Shown here one piece after another: positions 1 to 7,957 of a DNA stretch of 16,806 nucleotides; the first letter of the stretch is position 1, and the number at the start of each line of letters is the position of its first letter. This DNA is from Bdellovibrionota bacterium (GTDB lineage: Bacteria; Bdellovibrionota_C; UBA2361; OMII01): assembly GCA_044356215.1 (NCBI GenBank), contig JBIKWQ010000075.1, positions 1 through 16,806 of the forward strand. Direction: 5' to 3'. The notes beneath the pieces are model-generated. The model made no database searches. It was given only the letters and a program-made list of their open reading frames with translations, and was not told where the DNA came from. A program made the translations under genes and the position numbers.

Positions 1-363
1 GCGAGAGCGTGCGCTTAACCACCACTACTTGTCGCAAACTGCGAGCCACGCTCGCTCGTTTGCCAATACTTACCCTTACACCTAAATTTTTACGTCCAAT
101 CGCTACGTTTTTCTGAAGAACGCTATAGAGAGTTCCTAGTACTGGTTTTCCCGTCGTCTTTCAGCGACTTTCTGTCGTTAGTGAGGTATTTTTCTTTAAG
201 AAGCTCTCTATAAAGGGGGAGATCCCGTAGTGTGTAATCATTTCACCCTTAAATTCACAGGATAGGCTTTCGTGTGAGTGCGCGGTCTCTGAGAAGAGTG
301 CTGGGGAGTGCTGGGGGAATAGGAGAAACCGGGGTAGTTAGGGGGCTCTGCCCCTAGCCCGTC

Positions 364-393
364 ATTCAAATCTTGGCGTAGCCAAGTTTGAAT
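364..393 (-). terminator. Hairpin just 3' of tRNA-Cys, possible terminator or processing stem
   Basis: ATTCAAA-T-CTTGGC gta GCCAAG-TTTGAAT is a 13-bp stem with one bulge, 10 nt downstream of the tRNA CCA. There is no clear U-tract. Confidence 0.45.
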
Positions 394-403
394 AGGAGAT
401 AAC

Positions 404-480
404 TGGAGGCCCGAGCCGGATTCGAACCGGCGAATGACGGTTTTGCAAACCGTTGCCTTAGCCAACTTGGCGATCGGGCC
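404..480 (-). tRNA. tRNA-Cys (anticodon GCA)
   Basis: Reverse complement reads GGCCCGATCGCCAAGTTGGCTAAGGCAACGGTTTGCAAAACCGTCATTCGCCGGTTCGAATCCGGCTCGGGCCTCCA. It shows an acceptor stem, anticodon stem ACGGT/ACCGT around TT-GCA-AA, T-loop GTTCGAATC, discriminator U (typical of tRNA-Cys) and an encoded CCA. Confidence 0.97.
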
Positions 481-749
481 ACATGCGTGGAAAGGTATTA
501 GTAGCTCGGATAGCGAAAAATATCAACGTAACTTCAGCTTCCTGGCGGACTGTACAGGTTTTACCCGTTTCTGTTGGGCCCTTCACCCCTTTTAGCGGTG
601 CGCTTTTTGTTGTAATATCTGGCAGGTTGTGAGGGGTCTAACCTGTTTGATTTTCCACCTGTTTTTGAGGCGGAGTTCGTTAGCGGGACATGGAAAATGT
701 GGCCCACTCGCTTGAGCTAAATAATAAAGATTTTTAGAGAATATTTTTC

Positions 750-1085
750 ATGGCTTACGTTGTCACTTTAAACTGTCTCGGAACAAAGGATCGTTCGTGC
801 GTTGAGGTTTGCCCAGTCGATTGCTTCTACAACATCAAGAAACGTAAGTATAACGAGCGTTTTAAGCGCGATCCTAAGAGAGATGACGATGAGGGAATGC
901 TCGTGATTAACCCCGACGAGTGTATCCACTGCGGGGCGTGCGAGACCGAGTGTCCGGTAGAGGCCATTATGGAGGACTCCAGCGTTCCAGCCGATCTTCA
1001 AGAGTTCATCGGGATTAACGCGTCAGAGACGACCTCGATGACAGAAGCAGAGCTAGATGCCGCGCGTTGTACCTCAAAGAGCTAA
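750..1085 (+). CDS. fdxA: 7Fe-type ([3Fe-4S]+[4Fe-4S]) dicluster ferredoxin, FdxA family
   Basis: MAYVVT start, C-x7-CVEVCPVDC first motif and [21 protein letters not shown] second CxxCxxCxxxCP motif, as in Azotobacter FdI-type ferredoxins. Confidence 0.9.
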   Translation: MAYVVTLNCLGTKDRSCVEVCPVDCFYNIKKRKYNERFKRDPKRDDDEGMLVINPDECIHCGACETECPVEAIMEDSSVPADLQEFIGINASETTSMTEAELDAARCTSKS

Positions 1086-1221
1086 TTCGTCTTCTCAAAA
1101 GTGTTGTGCGATCCGGCTGATCGTGTAACCTTATTTCCACGGGGATTATCTAAAAAGAACAGAGGATTTGGGTGGTTTAATGCCAGGACGGGTTTATTGT
1201 TCTTATTTTCTGAGGAAATCT

Positions 1222-2829
1222 ATGAGGAGTACGGCGCTAATCGCTTGCTTGCTAGCGCTTACTCCCGATTCAACGCTCGCAAACCCAGGTTTTGGAAGTA
1301 ACTTAAGTCTTAAATCTAACGTCAGACACAACGCGAATAGCGGCCCATTCCAAGTCTCGCCGACGTTAAGGGGCCGGGTTGATTTTTGGAAAGATATATT
1401 TACCAAGTTTGGGTCTGGCCACTCGGTTATCCATCACAGAGACTTCCCACAGTTGGTGTTTGGTGTGATCGATCTCTCGCGCGAAAGAGATGCGATGTCA
1501 AAGATCTCATTCGAGGCTTACAAGAACGATGTAGTTAAGCGCTCCGTAGATGATGTAAAGCGTCAGATGATCCAAATAGCTGATGGGGAGGACGCGAGCA
1601 CCGAGTTTCAGGAGCAACTATTAGAGCAGCTAGAAGATCGCGGCCTGCCTCCGAGAGTGCTGCGCGATTGGATCGAGCAGGACCTTATTCGTACGCAGAC
1701 CGGTATCCGTGAACGCTATGCCGAGGCTGTGCGTAGAGCGTGGCGATACCTCCCAGTTATGGAGCAGATATTCTCGCAAGAGTATGGTCTGCCGAAAGAG
1801 CTCACAAGGATCCCATTTATAGAATCGTCCTTTGATTACACCGCTTATAGTAGCGTTGGAGCGGCGGGTATTTGGCAGTTTATGCCAAGGACCGCCAGGG
1901 CGCATCGCATGTTAGTCGGGCGTTATGTCGATGAGAGGCGAGATCCAATAAAGGCGACACGGGCAGCCGCGGAGTATCTGCGACAGGCTTACAATTCATT
2001 GGGTTCATGGCCTCTCGCTATAACAAGCTATAATCACGGAGTAGGGGGAGTAAGGTCGAAGGTGCGTAAAGCAGGCACTAGTGATCTGGCTACGATTATC
2101 GAGGATCCGAACGAACGCTACTTTGGGTTCGCATCAACTAACTTTTATCCGGAGTTCCTAGCGGCAGTGGAGATCTTTAACGACCACGAGCGGTATTTCC
2201 CGGAAGTGCGAGAGGAACCACCACTGCAAGTCGCGGCATATCGACTGACTAAGCCTGCGTCAGCACAGACGATCGCCAGTCGTCTTGGGATTCCGACCGA
2301 GGACCTCAAAGAGGCTAACTACGGATTGTTAGATCCGATCTGGTCTGGGAGGGCCGCCATACCCGCTGGTTATTCACTCAGAGTTCCTATCTCATTAAGA
2401 GAGCGCGCCGATCGTTTGTTTGGGGGCAACGACGCCTCGTATGCGGCGCCGCCGAGTCAACCTGAGCCACGAATCGTCCAGGCCTCAGAGCGGCCGAGCG
2501 GATCGCTCTATACGGTTAAACGCGGAGAGAGCATCGATTCGATCGCCAGAAAATTTGGTATCCCCACGGGCGATATAATTAGAGCCAATTCTTTACGGTC
2601 AAATAAGGTGAGCTCTGGACAGCAGCTTAGGCTCGTTAGAGTTAGCTCCAAGCCCGATGTGCCAACCCGCGTCTCTCAGCAGAAGGCAGCCCGTTATATC
2701 ACAGTAAGATCAGGGGATACGGTCGGATCCATCGCCTCTAAGAATCGTGTCACCGAGGATCGTCTAAGGGCTATAAATGGAATTCGGGGCAATAAAATAG
2801 TCGTTGGGCAGAAGTTGCGACTGCCTTAG
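1222..2829 (+). CDS. Exported lytic murein transglycosylase (SLT domain) with LysM repeats, MltD-like
   Basis: SLT motifs IESSF (catalytic Glu), AAGIWQFMP and SYNHG. C-terminal LysM repeats (YTVKRGESIDSIARKFGI, ITVRSGDTVGSIASK). Start moved from 1168 to ATG 1222 because GAGGA lies upstream and a signal peptide follows (MRSTALIACLLALTPDSTLA). Confidence 0.92.
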   Translation: MRSTALIACLLALTPDSTLANPGFGSNLSLKSNVRHNANSGPFQVSPTLRGRVDFWKDIFTKFGSGHSVIHHRDFPQLVFGVIDLSRERDAMSKISFEAYKNDVVKRSVDDVKRQMIQIADGEDASTEFQEQLLEQLEDRGLPPRVLRDWIEQDLIRTQTGIRERYAEAVRRAWRYLPVMEQIFSQEYGLPKELTRIPFIESSFDYTAYSSVGAAGIWQFMPRTARAHRMLVGRYVDERRDPIKATRAAAEYLRQAYNSLGSWPLAITSYNHGVGGVRSKVRKAGTSDLATIIEDPNERYFGFASTNFYPEFLAAVEIFNDHERYFPEVREEPPLQVAAYRLTKPASAQTIASRLGIPTEDLKEANYGLLDPIWSGRAAIPAGYSLRVPISLRERADRLFGGNDASYAAPPSQPEPRIVQASERPSGSLYTVKRGESIDSIARKFGIPTGDIIRANSLRSNKVSSGQQLRLVRVSSKPDVPTRVSQQKAARYITVRSGDTVGSIASKNRVTEDRLRAINGIRGNKIVVGQKLRLP

Positions 2830-2900
2830 GCCTTTATCCTCTCCTTAAGTCACACTTTTCCCGATTCACGCCATAACCCTTACATAATCGTTCGCGCAAG

Positions 2901-3437
2901 GTGCTTATGTCGCTAGATAAGTTCGTCATGAGAGGGTTTACAGGCAGCGTCGGATCCGGCGAAGGTCGTTGGGTATCCAGCTCCGGAGCTCAGAGCAATA
3001 CCTCGTCTAATTCAGATTCTCGGGCTCAATCAGGCAGTAGCTTCGTCATGGGAGGAGATTCTCTACGAGCACGACCGAGTGGCTCTGGTTCGAGGTCGTC
3101 CGGATATAGCGAATTCGATAATTCAAAGGGTGAGGCGTTTGGCGGCGGCGACCGTTACTCATTTAACGCAGAGCGGGTGCGTAATAGAGGCACAGAGCAC
3201 AAACAGGAGCAGTACAAGGGGTGCTTCGGCTCGAGTTCCTTAAATGAGCTGGCCAGTACAAAGCGCGGTCATCGAGTTATCGTCGGTATAGTGATGTATG
3301 GAATCGGGCTCTTCCTTATTATTTTCTTACTAATCGCCTTCTTTGGCGGCGGAAAAAAAGAAGATTATTACGAGCTCCCTGGCACATCAAAGAAGGTCAA
3401 GCCGATGTGGTCTACCTCTCGCAGTGAGAGAGAGTAA
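2901..3437 (+). CDS. Hypothetical single-pass membrane protein with Ser/Gly-rich N-terminus
   Basis: 178-aa ORF with a low-complexity S/G region and a strong hydrophobic segment (VIVGIVMYGIGLFLIIFLLIAFF). The start could be ATG 2907 or 2928. Confidence 0.6.
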   Translation: MLMSLDKFVMRGFTGSVGSGEGRWVSSSGAQSNTSSNSDSRAQSGSSFVMGGDSLRARPSGSGSRSSGYSEFDNSKGEAFGGGDRYSFNAERVRNRGTEHKQEQYKGCFGSSSLNELASTKRGHRVIVGIVMYGIGLFLIIFLLIAFFGGGKKEDYYELPGTSKKVKPMWSTSRSERE

Positions 3438-4179
3438 AAGCGGCTATCCGCTGATGAAGCTCATCGCCACCTTTAGCAATGCAGTTAACGTGATCAGCGC
3501 CGGGTACGATGATGAGATCTTTAGGCCCAAGCGCCACCTCGTGTAGCTGTCGGGCCATCGACACGGGAACCCTCTCATCTAGTTCGCCGTGAATTAAAAG
3601 CTTTGGGGCTCTAATAGCCGCTAGGTTCGTGTCATTCCTGAATCTTAAAGGAATAAACCCGGTGATCGGAAGGTATGGATATAAAAACCTCCCGATATCA
3701 TGAGAGTTTGTGAATGTGCTCTCTGTTATTACGCATCCCACCTCGGAGTGACTCGCTAATTCAGTGGCGATGGATCCGCCCAGAGAGCATCCATATAGAG
3801 CGATCCTATTTGGCTGATAGCCAAGAGAATTCACGAGAAAAGACCGCGCCGCGCGAGCGCTAGCGTAGAGAGATTGTTCAGACGGAATGCCCGTGCTTTC
3901 ACCGTAGCCCGGGTAATCAAACGCTAAGCACGATATCCCTAACTTTTCAAAAAGGGCGTAGTGGTCATAGAAGCGCGTAATATTGTGTCGATTGCCGTGC
4001 AGAAATAAGACCGCCGCTTTTGATTTTCTGGGAAACCACGCGGCGTCTAAGTCTAAGCCGAAATCAGCGCCGATTCTAAATCTTTCGTGAGTGATACTCC
4101 TAAGCCCGCCGTGGTCAATCTTGTTCGGCTTAAAAGTCAGGATTTTCTCTATCAGTGAAAGCATCTCGGAACTACTCAC
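3412..4179 (-). CDS. Alpha/beta hydrolase (YfhR/Bem46/ABHD13-17-like serine hydrolase)
   Basis: LFLHGN, FDYPGYGES, nucleophile elbow GCSLG, HGELDERVP (Asp) and GADH (His) give a complete catalytic triad. Confidence 0.9.
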   Translation of the reverse strand: MSSSEMLSLIEKILTFKPNKIDHGGLRSITHERFRIGADFGLDLDAAWFPRKSKAAVLFLHGNRHNITRFYDHYALFEKLGISCLAFDYPGYGESTGIPSEQSLYASARAARSFLVNSLGYQPNRIALYGCSLGGSIATELASHSEVGCVITESTFTNSHDIGRFLYPYLPITGFIPLRFRNDTNLAAIRAPKLLIHGELDERVPVSMARQLHEVALGPKDLIIVPGADHVNCIAKGGDELHQRIAAFTLSHCER

Positions 4180-4267
4180 CGGATTTTTTGTATCGTGGTC
4201 GTCACTGCTGCTGCATTTGCTGAGTAGTTACGAAAACAACACGATCTAAGAGGGAGCTTTTAGGGAG

Positions 4268-4297
4268 ACCGTGTCCCCGCGCAAGCGGGGACACGGT
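4268..4297. terminator. Perfect 13-bp GC-rich hairpin with GCAA loop, downstream of 4308..4997(-)
   Basis: ACCGTGTCCCCGC-GCAA-GCGGGGACACGGT lies 10 nt past the stop of the minus-strand ORF. There is no adjacent U-tract on either strand. Confidence 0.55.
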
Positions 4298-4307
4298 AAG
4301 CTGGATT

Positions 4308-4997
4308 TTAGGCCTCGGCCTCAACCTCCCTTGAGGTCGCTGAAGCTTTGAGCTCCTCAATGTTCTTTGGCCACAAGCAGATTATGTCAGCGCCTGGAAC
4401 CTGAAATATTCCTAGCTCGTCTCCATCGCGACGGAATCCATAGCGCACAGCGCCACCGTTGTCGCGCAAGAGATCGCGGCAGGCTTTATCTTGACCGCTA
4501 AACCATAACTGCTGATACCTCTCTAAAAGAGAGCTGTCATCGAGCAATTCACGGTCAAGCATAGCGAGACAACGTGTATCAACGTTGATCTCGCCAACAG
4601 ACTCAGTCGCATCTTTAACAACTTCAGGAGCGCCCTCAACAGACTCATCCTCAGGATGAACTATGATGGTGTAAGCGAACGGATCACGCTCAATGCGATA
4701 TGTTCCGCATGTTACATTTATTACAGTCCCACCGTACTCCTTGATCAGATCAGTCTTCGCCTCGGCGCTTTCATCAAGCGCTCCAGCGATCTTCTCAATG
4801 AATTGTGGATTAGCGAGCATGAACTGATCGATTAAAACTAGATCTCCACTCTCGATTGCGATGCGCTCTCTCTGATTGCCGCTCTCCGCGCTCTGACGTG
4901 GATGACGACGGCCGTGCCTGTGATGACCTCTTCCTCTTAATGAACGACCGCCGCCCCCGCGGTTAGATCGCCTTGGGCCTCCTCTTTCTCTTCTCAT
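4308..4997 (-). CDS. Hypothetical protein with Arg/Gly-rich disordered N-terminus and acidic globular domain (weak DUF4241-like motifs)
   Basis: 229-aa ORF with ATG start. The first ~40 aa are R/G/H-rich. Two related motifs follow, IESGDLVLID and INVDTRCLAMLD. Confidence 0.7.
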   Translation of the reverse strand: MRRERGGPRRSNRGGGGRSLRGRGHHRHGRRHPRQSAESGNQRERIAIESGDLVLIDQFMLANPQFIEKIAGALDESAEAKTDLIKEYGGTVINVTCGTYRIERDPFAYTIIVHPEDESVEGAPEVVKDATESVGEINVDTRCLAMLDRELLDDSSLLERYQQLWFSGQDKACRDLLRDNGGAVRYGFRRDGDELGIFQVPGADIICLWPKNIEELKASATSREVEAEA

Positions 4998-5293
4998 ATA
5001 ATAATTGATCCCTGTTTGGAAAATAGACTGTGATTAAATACCTGCTGTGGCTATGTGATTAGAGCCCAACTGGTTAAGAATATAAAACGAACAATAGCAG
5101 AACTAGGGGTAACTGTCACATAAGAGAAGATGCCAGAGCCTCATTTATCCCCTGGATGAGATCGCCTGGAAAGCCCTAGTTTGGGCGTAACCAATTGATA
5201 TTTAAAGGCAAAAACGCGCTGTAATTTTTTTCGTTTAGGGCTGCTCCATGTGTTAAGCCAGGAGCCTGTCAGACCGATTAATAGGGTTAGTAA

Positions 5294-5857
5294 ATGAGGC
5301 AAATCGGAGCTAAGAGAATTATGTTGAATCACGGAGTTGGAATTGCGGCGGACGGAATCGCGGAAGGTCGGATGCTGGGACTTTGGTACGACCCGGAAAG
5401 ATTGGTTATTGAGGGAGTCTACTGCGACGAAGTAACCGCCTACAGAGCGCGCAAACGATGGATAGAGGCTCTGGAGCTGCATTTTCTCCTCGAGGAGACT
5501 CTCGATTTCTCGCTAAAGGTCCGGCTGTCTAGAGGCGGACGACATTTTAAAGTCCGGTGTGATTTCAAAAGCGCCTGCGGGCGATACGCGTTTTGGAGAT
5601 TAACCCATCATCAAGCATTAGAGGTTCAGAACCTCCTTGAAACAGCCCATCTGCCACGTCCGCTTTGTGACTCTGGAACTAGAGAGGTGATGGATGATGT
5701 AGACTTACTCGCCGAGCTAAGTCAGCACCATCAGAATGTGGCCGCGCGCAGTGAAGCATCGAATCCCCCAGGATGGCAGCGAGCCGTACGGAAGATACAA
5801 GATGTGGCGCAACTGATCGCCGATCTGACTCGTCGTGGTGTCGGCAGACCAGAATAG
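5294..5857 (+). CDS. Hypothetical protein
   Basis: 187-aa ORF with protein-like composition, divergent from 4308..4997. No family recognised. Confidence 0.65.
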   Translation: MRQIGAKRIMLNHGVGIAADGIAEGRMLGLWYDPERLVIEGVYCDEVTAYRARKRWIEALELHFLLEETLDFSLKVRLSRGGRHFKVRCDFKSACGRYAFWRLTHHQALEVQNLLETAHLPRPLCDSGTREVMDDVDLLAELSQHHQNVAARSEASNPPGWQRAVRKIQDVAQLIADLTRRGVGRPE

Positions 5858-5985
5858 ACGGCTATTTCAACTAGCCCGCGACTAGCCCTTTTGTTAGGCT
5901 TCCATCGGGAAGCGAGACAAAACCTCCGTGTCTGAAGGTAGGTTATTCATCGCTCCACCGGAGTCTACTAGGAGCTTAAAGGTAA

Positions 5986-6831
5986 GTGGCGCGTCCGAAT
6001 CCAGAAGGGGGATACATTATAGCCGCAGGAGAGGTTGGCGCTTTCTCAGTGTGCCCGCAATCTTGGCATCTTCTCTGGAACGCTCGCGATAAAAAACCAC
6101 AAACTAGCTATAACAGCGCTCTCGGGCAGCAGCTTCACAGTGACTGGTCTGGATTTTTTGAGGAGTCACTAAAGCTGCTACACTGGATCCGATATCTAGC
6201 GGTAATGGCGTGCCTGGTCGCCGTTGTATTTATGGTGATTAGCTCATCGCGGGCTCCGCTAGGTGAGCTATTTCAGTTCTCATATAAGAGTCGTGGATTA
6301 CAGGTGTTGGTTCTGATCGGCATCACCCTGTGGCTAATTCGGTCTTTCGGCAGAGAGGCGCGGAGACGTCACGTAGAGTCGGGCTTCGCGCACAGTGAGG
6401 TGACTTTAGCCATCGATGGTAGTACGCTTCTGCCAGAGCGGGAGTATGTCTCAACTCGTCAAGGTCTCGCCGGCAAGCCCGACGCGATTATAAGGGAGAA
6501 CGATTATGTTATCCCGGTAGAGCGTAAGCCCCTGGCGCGAAAGCTGCGTGATCGTTATGTGGCTCAGCTATTAGTTTACATGCGACTAGTCGAGGAATTT
6601 GAGGGTATCCGACCACCTCACGGCTACCTTTTGCTCGGACCGAGCTGCCGTCGTATTAAAATCGCTAACTCCGAGTCTAAGCAGAGGTGGGTTGATGGAA
6701 TGCTTCGTGATATGCGAGCGGTATTAGCTGGAGGACAGCCGAAAGCTTCTCCGCATCCAAAAAAATGCGTAAAGTGTGAGGCGCGCGATCGGTGTATGGA
6801 TTGGAAGAGAATAGAAGATGCTAAATCCTAA
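5986..6831 (+). CDS. Cas4-like PD-(D/E)XK nuclease with predicted 4Fe-4S cluster and two inserted transmembrane helices (solo, not CRISPR-linked)
   Basis: N-terminal GEVGAFSVCPQSW (Cys23) and GxxxH (GQQLH), catalytic GKPD...PVERK, QLLVY (QxxxY), and C-terminal CxxC-x5-C (C261/C264/C270). Hydrophobic segments at about aa 67-86 and 104-121. GTG start with upstream AGGAG. Confidence 0.85.
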   Translation: MARPNPEGGYIIAAGEVGAFSVCPQSWHLLWNARDKKPQTSYNSALGQQLHSDWSGFFEESLKLLHWIRYLAVMACLVAVVFMVISSSRAPLGELFQFSYKSRGLQVLVLIGITLWLIRSFGREARRRHVESGFAHSEVTLAIDGSTLLPEREYVSTRQGLAGKPDAIIRENDYVIPVERKPLARKLRDRYVAQLLVYMRLVEEFEGIRPPHGYLLLGPSCRRIKIANSESKQRWVDGMLRDMRAVLAGGQPKASPHPKKCVKCEARDRCMDWKRIEDAKS

Positions 6832-7957
6832 AAATATGACAACGAAAATTTTTCGTGAAGGGCTTGCGGAGAAGGGCTTGCGGGGACGCTGTGAGCGAGG
6901 AGCGCTGCTGCCGGCTTTCCTAACTCTGCTTGTATTGATTATAGCGGCGGTCGTGGCGCTCGCCTTTGTTTTCGGGACAGTTGTTCCTGTAGGCGCGGTT
7001 GGGGTTAGAAAGATCGCTTTTGGTCCGAAGCAGGGCTTAATAGCCCACTCACTGTTGCCGGGTTATCACTGGACTATCCCCGGGTATTCGACGATCTATC
7101 CAGTTCCCCAGACTGTAAGAGTAGTCGATTTCGATCGCGACACAAAGAGTAACCCAAACAGTTTCGGTTCTCTTGATGTTCCAACCACAGATGGAACAAC
7201 GGTCGATATCGATGTCTCGATCCTTTATCGATTCTTTAAAGAGGCTAACCAATCGGCGGGCCATGGCGGTCCAGCCGATCTGATTAACAAGGTCGGAGCT
7301 ACCGAGACGCAGTGGCTTAAGTATTTGGCGCAGGCAGCAGATAACGAGTTAAAGAGGTCCCTAGGATCGCTTTCAACAGTCGATTTTTACGATCCAAAAG
7401 CTCGCCAAGAGCGTGTGTCCGCGGCCGAGAACGCTTTGCGTCAATCGCTCGCGCCCTTAGGAATCAAAGTAGAGAGTGTTCTGTTAAGGCGTTACACTTA
7501 CCGAGAGGAGATCGATCAAGCGATCTTTAAAAAGAATCTACAGGAGTTGGAATCAGCTTTTAATAAAGTAGCGGGAGATTTCGCTGCAGCGCAACGTGAT
7601 GTGAATAAGGTTTCCGCCGATGGAGATGTCTCTATCAAAAACCTCGATAAGCAGGGTACTAGCGAGGCTGATAAGATCCGCTCAGAAGGGGATCTTTATA
7701 GACGCCAAAAAATCGCCGAGGGCGATCTCTTAGTTGCTGAGGCCAAGGCGGCCGTTGATAAACAGAGAGCAGATGTTCTCTCGCAGGTAGGAAGTGATGT
7801 TTATGTGGCGCTGCAGCTAACAAATGTCTTAAAGACTTTAAAAGGTGGCGTGGTTGCTAATATCGATCCATATGACCTAGATCAGTGGGTCAGGAAGTTA
7901 GCGGGAATTGAGGGAAAATCCAGAATGGATAACGTGGAGGCAACAAATGCGAAGTAA
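6818..7957 (+). CDS. SPFH/band-7 (HflK/HflC/prohibitin-like) membrane protein 1
   Basis: N-terminal TM helix, VPVGAVGVR, LLPGYHW, VPTTDGTTVDIDVSILYR, GIKVESVLLR and a C-terminal Ala/Glu-rich coiled coil. Alternative start at ATG 6836. Confidence 0.85.
   Translation: MLNPKNMTTKIFREGLAEKGLRGRCERGALLPAFLTLLVLIIAAVVALAFVFGTVVPVGAVGVRKIAFGPKQGLIAHSLLPGYHWTIPGYSTIYPVPQTVRVVDFDRDTKSNPNSFGSLDVPTTDGTTVDIDVSILYRFFKEANQSAGHGGPADLINKVGATETQWLKYLAQAADNELKRSLGSLSTVDFYDPKARQERVSAAENALRQSLAPLGIKVESVLLRRYTYREEIDQAIFKKNLQELESAFNKVAGDFAAAQRDVNKVSADGDVSIKNLDKQGTSEADKIRSEGDLYRRQKIAEGDLLVAEAKAAVDKQRADVLSQVGSDVYVALQLTNVLKTLKGGVVANIDPYDLDQWVRKLAGIEGKSRMDNVEATNAK

Noticed and set aside
1..160. Open minus-strand frame running off the left edge (…LQKNVAIGRKNLGVRV…)
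   Set aside because: No ATG, no RBS and no recognisable motif; it cannot be supported from this window.
238..465. 75-aa minus-strand ORF
   Set aside because: It starts inside tRNA-Cys and translates the tRNA and its trailer, so it is spurious.
495..530. Sigma-70 promoter for tRNA-Cys (TTGATA-N17-TACTAA on minus)
   Set aside because: The position is plausible, but the -10 lacks the conserved final T, so it is too weak to call.
768..1905. ORFs 768..1001(-), 1101..1301(+), 1203..1406(-), 1630..1905(-)
   Set aside because: Shadow or alternate frames over the ferredoxin and transglycosylase genes.
3343..3546. 67-aa plus-strand ORF
   Set aside because: It overlaps two better-supported genes and has no motifs.
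5141..5482. 113-aa minus-strand ORF
   Set aside because: It is antisense to 5294..5857 over much of its length and has no motifs.
5858..6831. CRISPR-Cas locus suggested by the Cas4-like gene
   Set aside because: No repeat-spacer array and no cas1, cas2 or effector genes anywhere in the window.
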